A DNA stretch of 63,486 bases, the filler included, from Choristocarpus tenellus KU-1152 (taxonomy: Eukaryota > Protista > Phaeophyceae), in assembly GCA_964200185.2 (NCBI GenBank). It is 9 parts of 9 records of this genome, joined end to end, with 100 filler letters (N's around TTAATTAATTAA, not from the genome) between each part and the next. Parts side by side here need not be neighbours in the genome. Positions count along the whole stretch, not along the records: positions 30,150 to 49,062 come from CAXNAD020000506.1; positions 49,163 to 53,562 come from CAXNAD020014722.1; 7 more parts are not named here. One strand, 5' to 3'. A program made the translations under genes and the position numbers. The notes under the pieces are model-generated. The model ran no database searches. It was not told the DNA's origin and was given only the letters and a program-made list of their open reading frames with translations. Shown piece after piece: positions 38,901 through 51,033 of the stretch. Numbering within the stretch: position 1 is the first letter of the stretch; each line of letters opens with the position of its first letter.

Positions 38901-41900
38901 TCTCACCATATTATTTTTCTTTCCCCTGATATACCTCGCCCCTTACATGCGTTCTTGAGCATTCTTTAGCATCATCGCATGTAGTGCCCTTGTGGTGTTT
39001 GATGATGCTGCCACCACCCAGCCCGGAATTGCACCCATTGTGTGCACACTGTGTTATCTACCTCAGATACACCTTGGTGCAGTGGAGTTCGTTCACGTTA
39101 GGATCCACTAGTTGAGTCTCTTACCTCACAGACCAAGGGTGCCGCAATAGATTGTGACTATGGATGCATGAATATGGATATTTTGACAAACGGTAGATAG
39201 CTTTGTAAAGTACACATGTGATAATGACATGTGATAATGGATATTTTGACAAACGGTAGATAGCTTTGTAAAGTACACATGTGATAATGACATGTGATAA
39301 TGACATGTGATAATGACATGTGATAATGGATATTTAACCGAGTAATCTGTTGGTGAAAAGTACACAACTCCGATGCGCTAACTTTGCTGTTCCTCAGATT
39401 TGTTGGTCGTTCTAAATCCATGTGTGGTCTGGAGACTAAAGCGGCACTTCCGGGCTGCAAGGAGCTGTGGGGTGTTATTCAGTCCTCCAGCTTGGATCAG
39501 GTTGATGATGATGGGGAAAGGCCATCGTAAATATTTGACTACTGGAGTATTATATTAATAGCGGTAGTGGGTTGCAGAGGGCTATCCGTTTTTGGTTCTT
39601 TTTTGTATCCGTTTTTTTGGTTCTATATTTTTTTCTTTTAAAATTTTGTTAGAACTGTGGAGAATGTACAGTGCCCGCCCCGCCCCGCCCGCCGCCTTGA
39701 GTATTTTGGTTCAATGTTGACGTCAGCTGGGGCATGATGCATTTAAAAGCAAAAAATCAAAAACAAAACCTGAAGCTATTGTTTTTCACCCTGTTCTTTT
39801 GTCCTGCTGCAGCTTCACGGACGGGTTGAGTTTGGGTATCATGGCATGCTCCATTCTGCTGTGGGTGGATATTGGGATTGCCCCTATTCCATGAAGGTGA
39901 AGGAATGCTGCCTTTTTGGTGTTTGATGTAGACCATTTTGTCGTTGCGCATGCTTCAAGTAGTCACTGAGGTACAATGCCATACTCCTCTCTGTGCCGTT
40001 TGATTTTTCAATGGCACTTTAGTGCTCATGTTGTCTCGGATGGCTATTACGATATCATGTTGGGGGGTGGATTGACTTCCTGTCTTGGTGAACCCTAACC
40101 CTAACCCAGACACCATGTATATTTTGGCGTTTTTTTTTTAGGATTACACTTAACTTTTTCCCAACGTTGTATGATGTACTCTTGATCCTGCTACACAAAA
40201 TTCTATCGATACTAGGAGATGGCAAAGGAGCACCCAAAATTTCCCCCTATACTGGAGGCCATTGCTATCCAGGCCAACACTCTGTGGTGAGTAGAATCAG
40301 GCAGGCTTGTGAGACTTACAAATGCAGTGATCCTCAAAGTGACAGATTATGCCCCGAAGCAATACTGGTCAAGTAAACTCTGTCAATTCACATGCTTGTA
40401 ATAGTGCATGGTTTGTGGATCACCATGTGTGTGTGTGTGTTTGATGGACAAGTCTAATTTGTGCACCCTTCCCTCTGGCATACGTCAATACTGTCAGTTT
40501 TGTCACACCTTTTTTGTCGTAGCAACTTGCACCTATTATTCCCTAACAGCTTAATCTATTCCTGTACTGTGAGTCAGTCACATAGAGCTTCGAGGGTCAC
40601 ACCTAGTGCAGTTTTTTTTTTATTGTTGTTATTGTTGCTTTATGACAGAAGAATAATAAAAAGACGACAGAATACGTTAAGAGGCGCCTTTCAAAATACG
40701 TTCTGCAACATATAGCTCAGGCAGAGGCATGCCAGCAGAAGCCTCTGACTACGATGCTTTCCAGCAGAAAATTGTATATATTTTTTTCTAATTCTGTCCC
40801 AGTTATGCAGAGAGCAATAACGCCTTGAGCTTTACCACCACCCTGTTGTGTTTTTGGAACCTGTTGCTCCCAGGCGAACAGCTGCTATTCGTGGCCTGAC
40901 AGTCTGTCCTCATAGAGGAGAGGAATGTCAGGCTTGGGATCGACTTCAAGACTGCAGCTGTACCAACCCAGACTTGGACAAGCTTGCAGATGATGAATTG
41001 GGGTGAGTATAAGCGTGCCTGCCTACATGTGTCAGTCACTGGTGTTGTTTTTTTTGCTTGAGAGAGGTTCTCGGGTTGTTCCTTCAGGATTGCCAAATTA
41101 TTTCTCAATTCAAGACTTCAGAAACTATTGACTTGGCTCCTGCCAGGGCAGTTGTGGATTGAAAGATATTTTGACCGAAATGCTCCCATGTATCTTTCAG
41201 ATGCATGCTTTCTATGATCTTCAAGATGAAGATATTGGTGTCGTTGTCGATGCTCATTGAGACAGCTAGGGTGTAAACTCGTTGAGACAGCTAGGGTGTA
41301 AACTCATTGAGACAGCTAGGGTGTAAACTCACTGATTGCCTCTGACTCTCGCACTGGTTGTTCAGGTACCACTTTGCGTATGGCATCCTGTTAAGAACCT
41401 CCATCCTGGATATGCTTAGTGCTAACTACTGGCTGCAGGTGATGACTTTCGCTACAGTAGGTGGGAGTACATTGCTGAAAATAGTAGTACTGATTCCACC
41501 ACAGTATTCTGTGATATATTTCCATAGTTATTGCACTACCCAAATTTTCCTGCTAATCCTACTTGTACTCAGCAGCAGCTTTGTGTTCCTTATCAAGGAG
41601 TGTTCAATATTCTGTTTTTCTGGACAAGCACACCTGAAAACTTCAAGACCATCACTCTTTAGTACCACTGTGAATAATGACTCTTCTGCAGATATCAAAT
41701 CCTGATTAGCCGTTGCTGTGCTAGGTTTTTTGAAGTGGGATATATTGTGTGTTTCATGTCACTGAACATTGAAGTTTGTCCCCTGTTGAAATGGATGGTG
41801 CTAGTTTTTTTTTTTTTTTTTGGCGGGGGGGCCGGGGGGTGCTTTCATTGCTGACGGAANNNNNNNNNNTTTTTATGTGCGATTTATTATGTGTTTCTTT

Positions 41901-44900
41901 TCACTGAACATTAAATTTTGTCCCCTGTTGAAATGGATGGTGCTAGTTTTTTTTTTTTTTTGGGGGGGGGTCAGGGGAGTGCTTTCATTGCTGACGAAAG
42001 AACTAATGATTCCTTGTTGACCCTCTTATTTTGTGTAATTTTTTTGGGGGGTAGACCTGTGGTATTGTGGTGTATCATATTCAATAGTGGCTATGATGTG
42101 ATCATTTGTTCTTTGGTGTCAAGTCACACCAGAGAGTATCCTTCACTTTTCCAGCATTATTTGTAATGTTGAAAGGGCTGGGGTTGGGGTTAGACTTGGA
42201 TTCAAAAATAACATACAGACCCAAGAGAACAGCCTCAAATTTGCATTGCATTATGGTTATGGAATATTGTGTATTCCACACTTTGAACAATGCATCTTTC
42301 ATGAATAACGTGATACTCTAGCATTTGAATCTGGAGTACACGACAAGAGCGGTGTCCATACGTAAAATGTCCAAATGTTTCAAATGAAATGGTCCAAACC
42401 AATTGTCCAACATCAAATGCTATAGAGCAATGGGGCGAAGGCATCTTAGGGTTAGGGTACGAGTTTTGCCCTGTTTGTCCATTTGGGGCTTGACTTCCCA
42501 TTTTATTTTTCTTACATTTTTCTACTCCAGAATTGTTTCTGAGTAGGTAAAGTGTGTACGATACGAAAAGGTGTGTCTGGAACATGATAGATATTGACAC
42601 TTCCTAACAAACACCATATAGCCAAGATTACATCAAGATCACAGCATTGGGTTTTGACCTCCGAATGGACACGGCTCTCTCTACCCTCTTAAAGATACTT
42701 TGGCTCAATGGAATGGCCCCAAGGTTGTGTACTGAAAAGCTAATATTTACCCAAGACGCATTTGCTGGAGAAATGCCGCATTTATGAGTGGTCGCTATCT
42801 TCAACACATGAAGTGTATGAGATGGTCACAAGCTTTTCCCGGGCAAATGAGCATTGTATGTATGACACTAAAGCTCTCAAGCATGTCACACTCCATGGTG
42901 TCACACCTAGCGCAGAACATGTCCCCCCTATACATCACCATAGATTTTTCCGCAAGAGTTCGCAAGAGCAAGACTTTTTTTTTAGCTGAGGTGGTCTCTC
43001 TTTTGATTTCTCCGTGTTTAATAAACAGTTGGATTTGACTAGGCCGTAAGGTTGTGTTTCTTCTCAAGATTGGAAGCACTTTAGAAAGCTGTGGTGAATG
43101 AAACGGGGCGGTTTGCCTTGCCTTGACTTCTGTGACAGGGAAAACGGTCCCGACTGTTTTCTGGACAATAAATGTTACAGATTATATGGCTCGGTGTATT
43201 GCCTTAAACATTGGACATCAGCTGCGGATGTCGTAATGGGCAAATGATGGTATGGGTCAAATTTGATCGAACATTCTAGAGCAGTGTTTGCCTCAATTGT
43301 TTTGTCTGTCTGAGGTGTGTGGTGTTTTCATTTAACATGCTACCTCCCCCAGTGTGTGACACTTATCAACACTCTCACGCTTTCTTTTCAATGGGACTAC
43401 AATTTGGGGGATGCGTGATCGGTAATAACCTCTGCAGGACTACATTACCACCTCATCAGGGCCAAGTCATGAATCCAAGAGCAAGACAGACATTGATTTC
43501 TCCTTTAACCTTCCAGAACAGGATAACAAAAAGCTCATCAAGTGGCTAGTACGATTTGTGTCCCATCCGGGGAAAATGGCTCCCTTTGCCACTCCTTTGG
43601 CGGCCACGAATGACCCACTATTTGGACCAAGCCACTCTGCATATCTTCGACTGTACAGGTGGGGGATGGATGAGGGTTAGGTGGAGGTTGGAGTGATCGC
43701 AATATTGCTTGCTATTGGGTCAAGGTGCATGGATGATTGATTGTAGGTCAATATATATGTTTTGGTTGTGTCCTGTTCCTGGCCCTCTTGATCTTATTTT
43801 TTTTATATTATATTTTTAGTACTCAGTAGGTACAAGTATTTCTCCCATCTGCCGATGATAATTCGGTACGGCACATGCACCTGGATATTCTCTACCTCCA
43901 CTACAAGTGATTTGATTGTTAAAACTAGGATATGTTTCATCTAAAATCGCAGTAGAAGGGGCTGTTGCTACTGCGATTTGTCAAGCACAGAGATCACTTG
44001 TGCTCGTGGGACGTTGAATTTTTTCAGAGCTTGATCTTGATCTATTTTTATCTCCGGATGTGGTCTTCACATGTTTGTAGCTGTAGAATCTCCGTGTTTT
44101 TGTGTTGCCAATTGACTTCAGACGAAGGGCACTACACACGAGGTTCGTAGGCTCATAGTAGTGTTAGCTACAACAAGCTAGTTTCTGGGACCACCATCGT
44201 TAGAATCCATAGAGTTACAGCAGGTGGATTAACTTTAGCCTGGGGGATGTTGAATGCTAGAACATATTTTTTCAGGTGTTCCATGATAAAACCGTACTCT
44301 ATTGTTTAGATGGAAGTTGAACATCCGCTAATGTCAAGGAGGTTCGGGAGGTCAATAGAAGGGTGAATGTGTTTACGTTCCGATCCTTCCAGTTTACAGG
44401 TTGTCAATATTGCTTCTCAGGTGAAGTCTCTTTTCTCCTCTTTGTCTCTTGTGTAGTTATGTTTTATTGCGTTGCTTATTTTCACGCAAACTAGGGAGAT
44501 CCATGACCGTACTGATTGGGATTAACGGTACAACATAGTTATTTTCAGTGATTTGTGATGCATTTCCCCGAGATTATGTTCCTGGTGGAAAGAACTGATA
44601 CGTCTGTGTTCGATCGGATGCGTGTGTGCCCTTGCCGACATATTCCTTTCATATATTTTTTCAGCTACATGGTGCTCAAGGGACACCTTGAGCCTAAGTG
44701 GACGGATTCCAAACCGCAGTGGTATGGGCACAATGCAGAGGACCAGCTTCAATTTAAGTGGGTACTATTTGCTTTCCTGATGAGAGTTTTTGTAGTGTAG
44801 TGTTGTGCTTGTTTGACTATTTGGGAAGAAATGAGACAGAAGTGTGAAGTAGACGCACTATAAGGATGCCTCACGCCTCATACCTTAATGATACACATAT

Positions 44901-45392
44901 CTCTGGTGCCAAGTCTACAAGGTGTGTGTTGCAAAGTCTCTTACATCGTTGAAGCATGACTTTCTACACCCCCCTGAACAGTACTTGTATTGTGTCCGCC
45001 ATGCTTCTAACAGTTCTTTTTTAGCTATCACTACATCTGATTTCGTTTCCATCGTGCCTCTAATCCTATCACACCTCATGGAATGGGATTCATAGTACAG
45101 TAAAAAAAAATGTTGGTTCAATCCCTTGCCAGAGTAATTTCGGCTCCCCCTTTGGTAGCACATTCTGCTTTTCTTGGAAAATGTTCTGCACAAAGCTTTC
45201 ACATATCCAAATATACACACATCGTTTCTTTTTCATGCTCACAGGAACTTGCTCGGAAAAAAAGAGGTCAACAAAGACAAGTACTACACCAACCTTGAGC
45301 TGCTTGAAATGATGGATCCTTCAAATCCAGAGCTGCCATACATATATTCAAATTTTGACTGGGATCATTGCCCAGAACCACAAGGCACGTAG
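32903..45392 (+). CDS. Tyrosinase-family (type-3 di-copper) protein with N-terminal membrane anchor
   Basis: Exons 32903-33448, 33573-33736, 34171-34321, 34879-35007, 36080-36187, 38223-38290, 39398-39500, 39813-39896, 40216-40286, 40874-41002, 41366-41438, [one exon not located], 43517-43658, 44665-44757, 45245-45392. All use GT-AG and are phase-compatible except 41438 to 43517. Motifs: CKYVRRELREL; CuA KHL...PFHNGQVFITAH; LQAVDPSIALPYWEY; CuB HGMLHSAVGG ... ATNDPLFGPSH; C-terminal LPYIYSNFDWDHC. Hydrophobic segment FLGLTVFVGLVISMTTVATL near the N-terminus. Confidence 0.88.
37150..37272. repeat. Pentanucleotide microsatellite (ATGTA/ATGTG)n, intronic
   Basis: About 24 tandem ATGTR units. 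Confidence 0.95.
39174..39334. repeat. Compound tandem repeat: ~62-bp duplication containing 13-bp ACATGTGATAATG units
   Basis: ATGGATATTTTGACAAACGGTAGATAGCTTTGTAAAGTAC occurs twice, followed by 2 and then 4 copies of ACATGTGATAATG. Confidence 0.9.
41253..41331. repeat. 25-bp tandem repeat x3
   Basis: CTC(A/G)TTGAGACAGCTAGGGTGTAAA occurs three times, just upstream of the acceptor at 41365. Confidence 0.92.
42433..42706 (-). mobile_element. MITE family A, full copy with 4-bp TSD, in tyrosinase intron
   Basis: GGGCGAAGGCATCTTAGGGTTAGGGTAC ... TACCCTCTTAAAGATACTTTGGCTC, flanked by AATG at 42429-42432 and 42707-42710. Confidence 0.88.
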
Positions 45393-46049
45393 CACTGTCC
45401 AATTGTAGAGCTCAGAAGGTCGCATGTCTTGTACCATTCATTGAGCTTTACCTTCAATGTGGTGAAGGCAAGAGTGTGGGATTAGTCCCCACAGCAGCAC
45501 ATACGTTGCAGTTCGGTAGCAATTCGCGTTCAAATTATTTTTTTTTCTACACTTTTTTTTGTGTTAAAAGCTTCTCGTTGCATGCAGCATAGAGTCATTT
45601 CAAGAAGAGGTACAAAGTCAACTTCTTGTATTGACAGAAATGAGGTCGATGTTTTTGACAGTTACTTTGTGCCTTACCTCTCTCGGATAGATTTGGTTCT
45701 ATCAAATAAGTTCATTAAGTAAGTCTCAACCTGCCCCACTTTTTTGTGATGCCGGCACATGTTTCCTCGTGTGTCAAAAGGAAAGCATTGCCTTCTATCA
45801 TGCCTGTTTAGAATAGAAGACTCTTGTGCTCTATTTTCACGACTCGCAACACACAAGAAAGGTTGCTCCGTAGTACAGTCTTCTTTTTTTTTGTCAAATA
45901 CTTCACATAGATATCCATTGCCAACCCTCATTCGAGACTTACTTGCTGCTACTGTTTTTGCACTCTAATCTGATCCTCCTGCTGACACTTCAATTGTCAA
46001 GAGTGAGCACTCTTCCACTTGTGCGCTGCAAACACAAGGACTTCCTCGG

Positions 46050-46915
46050 CCTCCACCCCCACCCCAAGTCCTTGACTTTATAACTGTGAGCAAGCAATGC
46101 TCACACATGAGTCTCTGAAAGGTCAACAGAAACTCGATTGCGACTCTTGGTTTTTTCCATTCCACCTCAGACTCATTCTCTATTGTATGCCAAAAATTGA
46201 AGTCATGAAGGCATCACTCCTATGCGCTTCTGCGTTGTGTGACTGATTTGAAATTCTGTCCATGCTCCCTAGTTCTTCTCCGTAGCCTCCTCAGTGCATC
46301 TACATGCCAGGGTTTTCTTGTGTGAGGCGTTGTCTTATTCACGTGTACATGCAGTATTAGAGTCAGTGTTAGTGTGCGTGTGTTTATTAGGTGTGCCTAG
46401 TTATGCTCAAAGAAAGTTTTCAAACTTTGGACTGTGCTTTGTACATGAGGTGCTTCACACTGCCTTCATCAGGTATTAAGGAATCCCCCATACGCAAGGG
46501 AGCAATTGCCCCCGTGTGTGATCACAGTAGTCAACAAGCTCCTCGATCTTGTCCTTAATATATACCAAAAACTCTTTGCCATCGTTAACTTCTTAGAGGC
46601 TAGGTGGATGCAGAATGCTGAATGCCTCCAGAATGGCAACCTCACAGACACACCTCTCCAATTATTTCAATATCTTTGTCACCTGTTGAAGTCACACCTA
46701 CAAAGTCTTGAAGTGGCAAGATAATCTTGATACCCTTACAATGAAGATGGCAGCACCTTAGACTTGTTCCGAAAAAGTCTTTTACAAATGCCATAACGCC
46801 ATCATGTTCCAGTTCATCCTCCTCAAGGAATTGACCTAAGGTATATTCTTCAAAAGGTGTGTCTGCTACCAACTCTTTCATGTCCTCATGTATTGCTCCT
46901 TGTTATCCCATCTGT
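46050..46915 (-). pseudogene. hAT-superfamily transposase relic (C-terminal region)
   Basis: Stop-interrupted translations LER..EVAILEAFSILHPPSL*..Y.KDKIEELVDY and FWHTIENE...AIEFLLTFQRLMCEH..TVIKSR resemble the ZNF862/hAT 'L..F.I..P' segment and the dimerization domain (FW...L....CER.FS...IK..R). Recognised by eye only; boundaries approximate. Confidence 0.4.
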
Positions 46916-48169
46916 TGCACAAACACACAAACAGTTGTCCTCCCATAATGTCCCACAGAGCTAAGATAAATTTATGCCCATCTTTGAGGTTCAGGGATTC
47001 AAGCATCTTGCTCACTCTTGATAGGTCTAGGGAGATAGCATTGTGATCTACTGATATGATTCCACCCTGAGCGGTGGCAATGAAACACAGCTACACTCCT
47101 GTGACCTGTAAGGGGATGATGTCCAGTCTCACAATTTCTACAGGATGAGAACGAACATCTCTTAACCCCTTGGCCATGTTGCTGTTGGACCTGATAAACG
47201 TTTGGATGTTATATTAGGCTATGAGTAGGTAGTTACTGGAGTAGAGCAGAATATGATGTGCCAGATAACAGGAGAGTGGGCAAAACTCTGTCCCTCACTG
47301 GTATCCAGGGTCTGGGACATTGTGAACAGCTTGTCCTCCTGCTATCACTTCCTTACACTGTGGCCACCGGTTGTTAATGCTTGTAGCAAAGATGAATAAT
47401 ACTCCCGAAAACCATGATCAACCATAGGTTCAATTCTGATTTCTTGGCAATCCTCCAACCTACCACCCTATTATGTAACCTCCTATGGTAAACGTTCACC
47501 CTAAAGTAAAAGGGGTATCCCAGCTTGTGAGCAAAGTGGTGTAGCACCTAGACTAACACCCCCCCCCCCCGTGATTGACTTGCCCTTATTATCCTGCTTT
47601 TTGTCACAAAACGATGTTCTTGCACAATCACTTTCTTTCACTGTCGCCCATTGTTGTTGATGCTTCTATCATGGATGGCAAAGCCTACTGCTAATCCCTT
47701 CTTGCTCTTATCCCCAATTCTTCATTTTGCGGCACTCACTCCACTCACCACCTCACCCTACTAAGTGCCCTCATCTAGTACTCCGGAACATCTACACAGG
47801 TTTGTTTTGTTCTTGTTTAAAACCACTCTCTATCCCAGCTTGTAGCTATGCTACGTAAGGGCCATGACTCTAATTCTCTTAACAGGAAACTTGATTTCAA
47901 AGGATATCTATGCCTAGTAGATATTCCATTACTAGCCTTGGATCTTACACATGTGACTGTTTCGCCAAGTAGCCACCTCTATATCATCCTACAATGAGTC
48001 CTCACTGTTCAACTTCATCCCAAATGGCTTGTGGCAAACAATATTGGCAGTGGGAACAACGAAATCATATTGTCACTGATGAACATAGAGCTGAAATATG
48101 CCACAGCTCTAAATCTCATGCAACATCTGACTGGCAATCACTCTACAGTTGACTTCGTATGGATGGGTA

Positions 48170-48186
48170 CGCGCGCGCGCGCGCGC
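48170..48186. repeat. (CG)8 alternating tract
   Basis: CGCGCGCGCGCGCGCGC. Confidence 0.9.
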
Positions 48187-50289
48187 ATCACATGTACCAG
48201 TGTTATCTCAGTATACACCTAAGGGGGTTATTTAGGGTTAGGGTTAGTGGTTGGGGTTAGGTGTACTGTCACTAACATCAACAAATACAATGCCCACAAG
48301 GTTGCAGGTTGAAGGATCCTATCCAGAATGATTAAGTTTGTCGTTCAAGCTTGATCATATTGATGATGTCTTTCAGTTTGTGGCACAACTGTTTTTCCTC
48401 TCTATTTTCTCTGGATGGGGTGGGAGAGGGGGTAGGGAGGTTGGTGTCTGAATAGAGCTCTGACTATATGCAAGCTCTGCGGCATTCCTCTTTGGGCTGT
48501 GCTGTGAAAGTTCTAAAGCTCTGCTATTCTGGTGATGCAAAGACAAAGTGATGTACATATATGTGCTGCAAATACCGGATACTGATCACAAGAAATATGT
48601 ATGTGATCAGCAAAACATGTTTCACGTAAAAATAGTAAACAATAATATACTAGAAATAATAATCTACCAAATTAAGTTTTGTCAATTGTATTATCCACAT
48701 ACATTGCATTGGAACTCCCTTCTCAAAAAGATTGCTCCACTCATGCTGCAACAAAGGAAATAATCTAAAATTATTCTATAGCACATGTCACACTCATGAC
48801 AATGTTGTTGTCAATCAAACCAAGAAAAACATTGACCTTGGCAAGTGGCAAAGCTGTTGCCGCTATAACCATCTGTTGTTTCATGGCCTCATATTTGAAA
48901 GTACCCAACAATTACGCACCATGTACAGGAACACTCTCCTCCACAGCTAGCCTCCCTCATAAACCAGCCACATCTGCACTCCCCCTCCCCCTCCCCCTCC
49001 CCTCAGTATATGGTGATCAGCACAAAGCTCCAGTACAGAAGACAGACAGGATAGGCCACCAGNNNNNNNNNNNNNNNNNNNNNNNNNNNNNNNNNNNNNN
49101 NNNNNNTTAATTAATTAANNNNNNNNNNNNNNNNNNNNNNNNNNNNNNNNNNNNNNNNNNNNGGGTCGTGTGAGGCTTCACACCTTCTTGTCTTCACTAC
49201 TGATAAATAGCATTACCTCCCAAGGTAAATTGCACACATACTGACTAGAGCGCAGAGTGATTGCGACCTGTCATTTAGAGAATGGAAGTGACAAATCTTC
49301 TTCTGCTCAACCTGTGATGGTCAGACCAGCTGGGATTTCAGAAGTGGAAAATCTAAAACGACTCCTTACTGACATTGATTGTGGTTGCGAGACATCACTA
49401 CTCTGTTCTACAGGTCTTACTTGATCGACGCCATTTCCCCGAACTTGAAGCTTCAGCAGATCCTGAAGCCAATTCAGGCGGCATGGTGTTCTCGCGCATT
49501 CGTTCACGCGGTGGGCAATGAATGCTGGAACAGCATCTCCGAACTGAAGTTGCAAAATGGTCACATCGCAATTGGTGGAACTTGGAGGCGTAACAGGATT
49601 ATCCTGAAAAAGGACCTGACGCCCGAGCTGTTCAAAGGTCGACAACACAGTTCCTGCATGGCCACAACGATCTGTTGGGGAAGAAGGAGAGAAACTTCGT
49701 CAACAATCAGCAAATGTTGCATTATTAGACGAGATTGATGCTCTTGCTAGGAAGAAAAACGAGAAAACCACTCCTAGCCCTGTCAATTCACCCTCCCTTC
49801 CTAACATTCCAATACAATGCTTTGTTTCTCTACAATCCTTCTCCACATCAAGAATCTCCTCTTCTTGGGCTGACTGCCTATTTTTGTGTGACTCCTCCCC
49901 GTCCCTTTCAGCAGCACTGAGTGAATCCTGAAGTGTTGCGTGGGAAGTTGGAAGTTCGGATATTGTTTGTAGTTACACTGGATTGCTGAAATCTTACCCT
50001 TAATTGTACCTACTTTGTTTCCCTTTCTCCCACAACAAAAAACACATGAACTCCGCTAGAGTCTTCACTATGTCCAATTCTCGACTGGGGTCTAACCACC
50101 TACTCTATCCTCTATATGCACGGAATTCAGACTACTGCTCCCAACCTGTCTCATAACACTTCTGAGTAGATGGCGCAACCCGATCCTCTGGAATACAGGG
50201 CTACAAGGCACTCAAACACACCATCTCCCCTTCCCGACCCAGGGGCTGTTCCTGCCATTCAACACGTGGACAAGCATGTTAGGGGTTAG

Positions 50290-51033
50290 ATTGCATTTCG
50301 TCGTCCCTATCCCAACTTGATATAGCATCCGCCAAATCATTTCCTCTTCCCTGCAACATGCTCTGCTGCAAACGACCATTCCCCAGCTATCTCCAACGCC
50401 CCCATTATCCTCATCAATCCACCCGCCCTCCTATCTCTGTCCCCTCCACACTTACGAACCAGTGCACTGCAGAGTTGTTGTCCCCTCCTAGCAGAGGCAA
50501 CACAATCTTATATGGAAACCCTGGAGGATAGTCGCGTCCTCTTGTAGGACAATATAAAAGCTCAGTCAGCTGGGGAAGGTTGTTAAGTCTTCCCATTTGC
50601 CCAGAGTCCTTCCTTCAGACACTCCTATCATTGTTTATCCAGTAGCAAGGGCCATCTTATCTGGATTGTTGATTGAGGACTTCAGCACTATGAGTGTTGA
50701 GATCGACCGACTTGGGTGACGAGGAACACTGTGAAGTATCTCCTCCACTGTTCCATGATGGATGCATGCTTCCGGGGTATCTATCCAGACTCGTCATGGA
50801 CGTGCTGAGAGGCTCTCTACCTGGTTCCCTCGACATTGAACCCTTTCAAACATAGGTAGAAATCGCTTAGTCTCTGCAATGAGTATGGTTTCCCATTCTC
50901 CTTTTAACAGTGTAGGTGTCAAGAGGATCTCCTGCAAGGCAGATACCCTCACCAATTTCATGTATTCACCAGCTTTCTTCAAAACTATCTTCTTGGAGTG
51001 ACATGTTGGGGGTATGTGTGTAGTTGTTTCCAT
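50290..51033 (-). mobile_element. DIRS/Ngaro-type (tyrosine recombinase) retrotransposon relic, RT-RNase H region
   Basis: Frameshifted minus-strand translations give LLGGDNNSAVHW and ALEIAGEWSFAAEHVAG..(N)DLADAISSWD. These match the DIRS-type RNase H motifs 'DN.SAV.W' and 'H(V/I).G..N..AD..SRW'. Upstream fragments are only weakly RT-like. Confidence 0.55.

Noticed and set aside
41253-41331. 25-bp direct repeats as CRISPR or iteron candidates
   Set aside because: Head-to-tail with no spacers; a simple tandem triplication in an intron.
41745-42000. ~115-bp direct duplication flanking a 10-N gap
   Set aside because: Most likely an unmerged read overlap at a homopolymer (assembly artefact).
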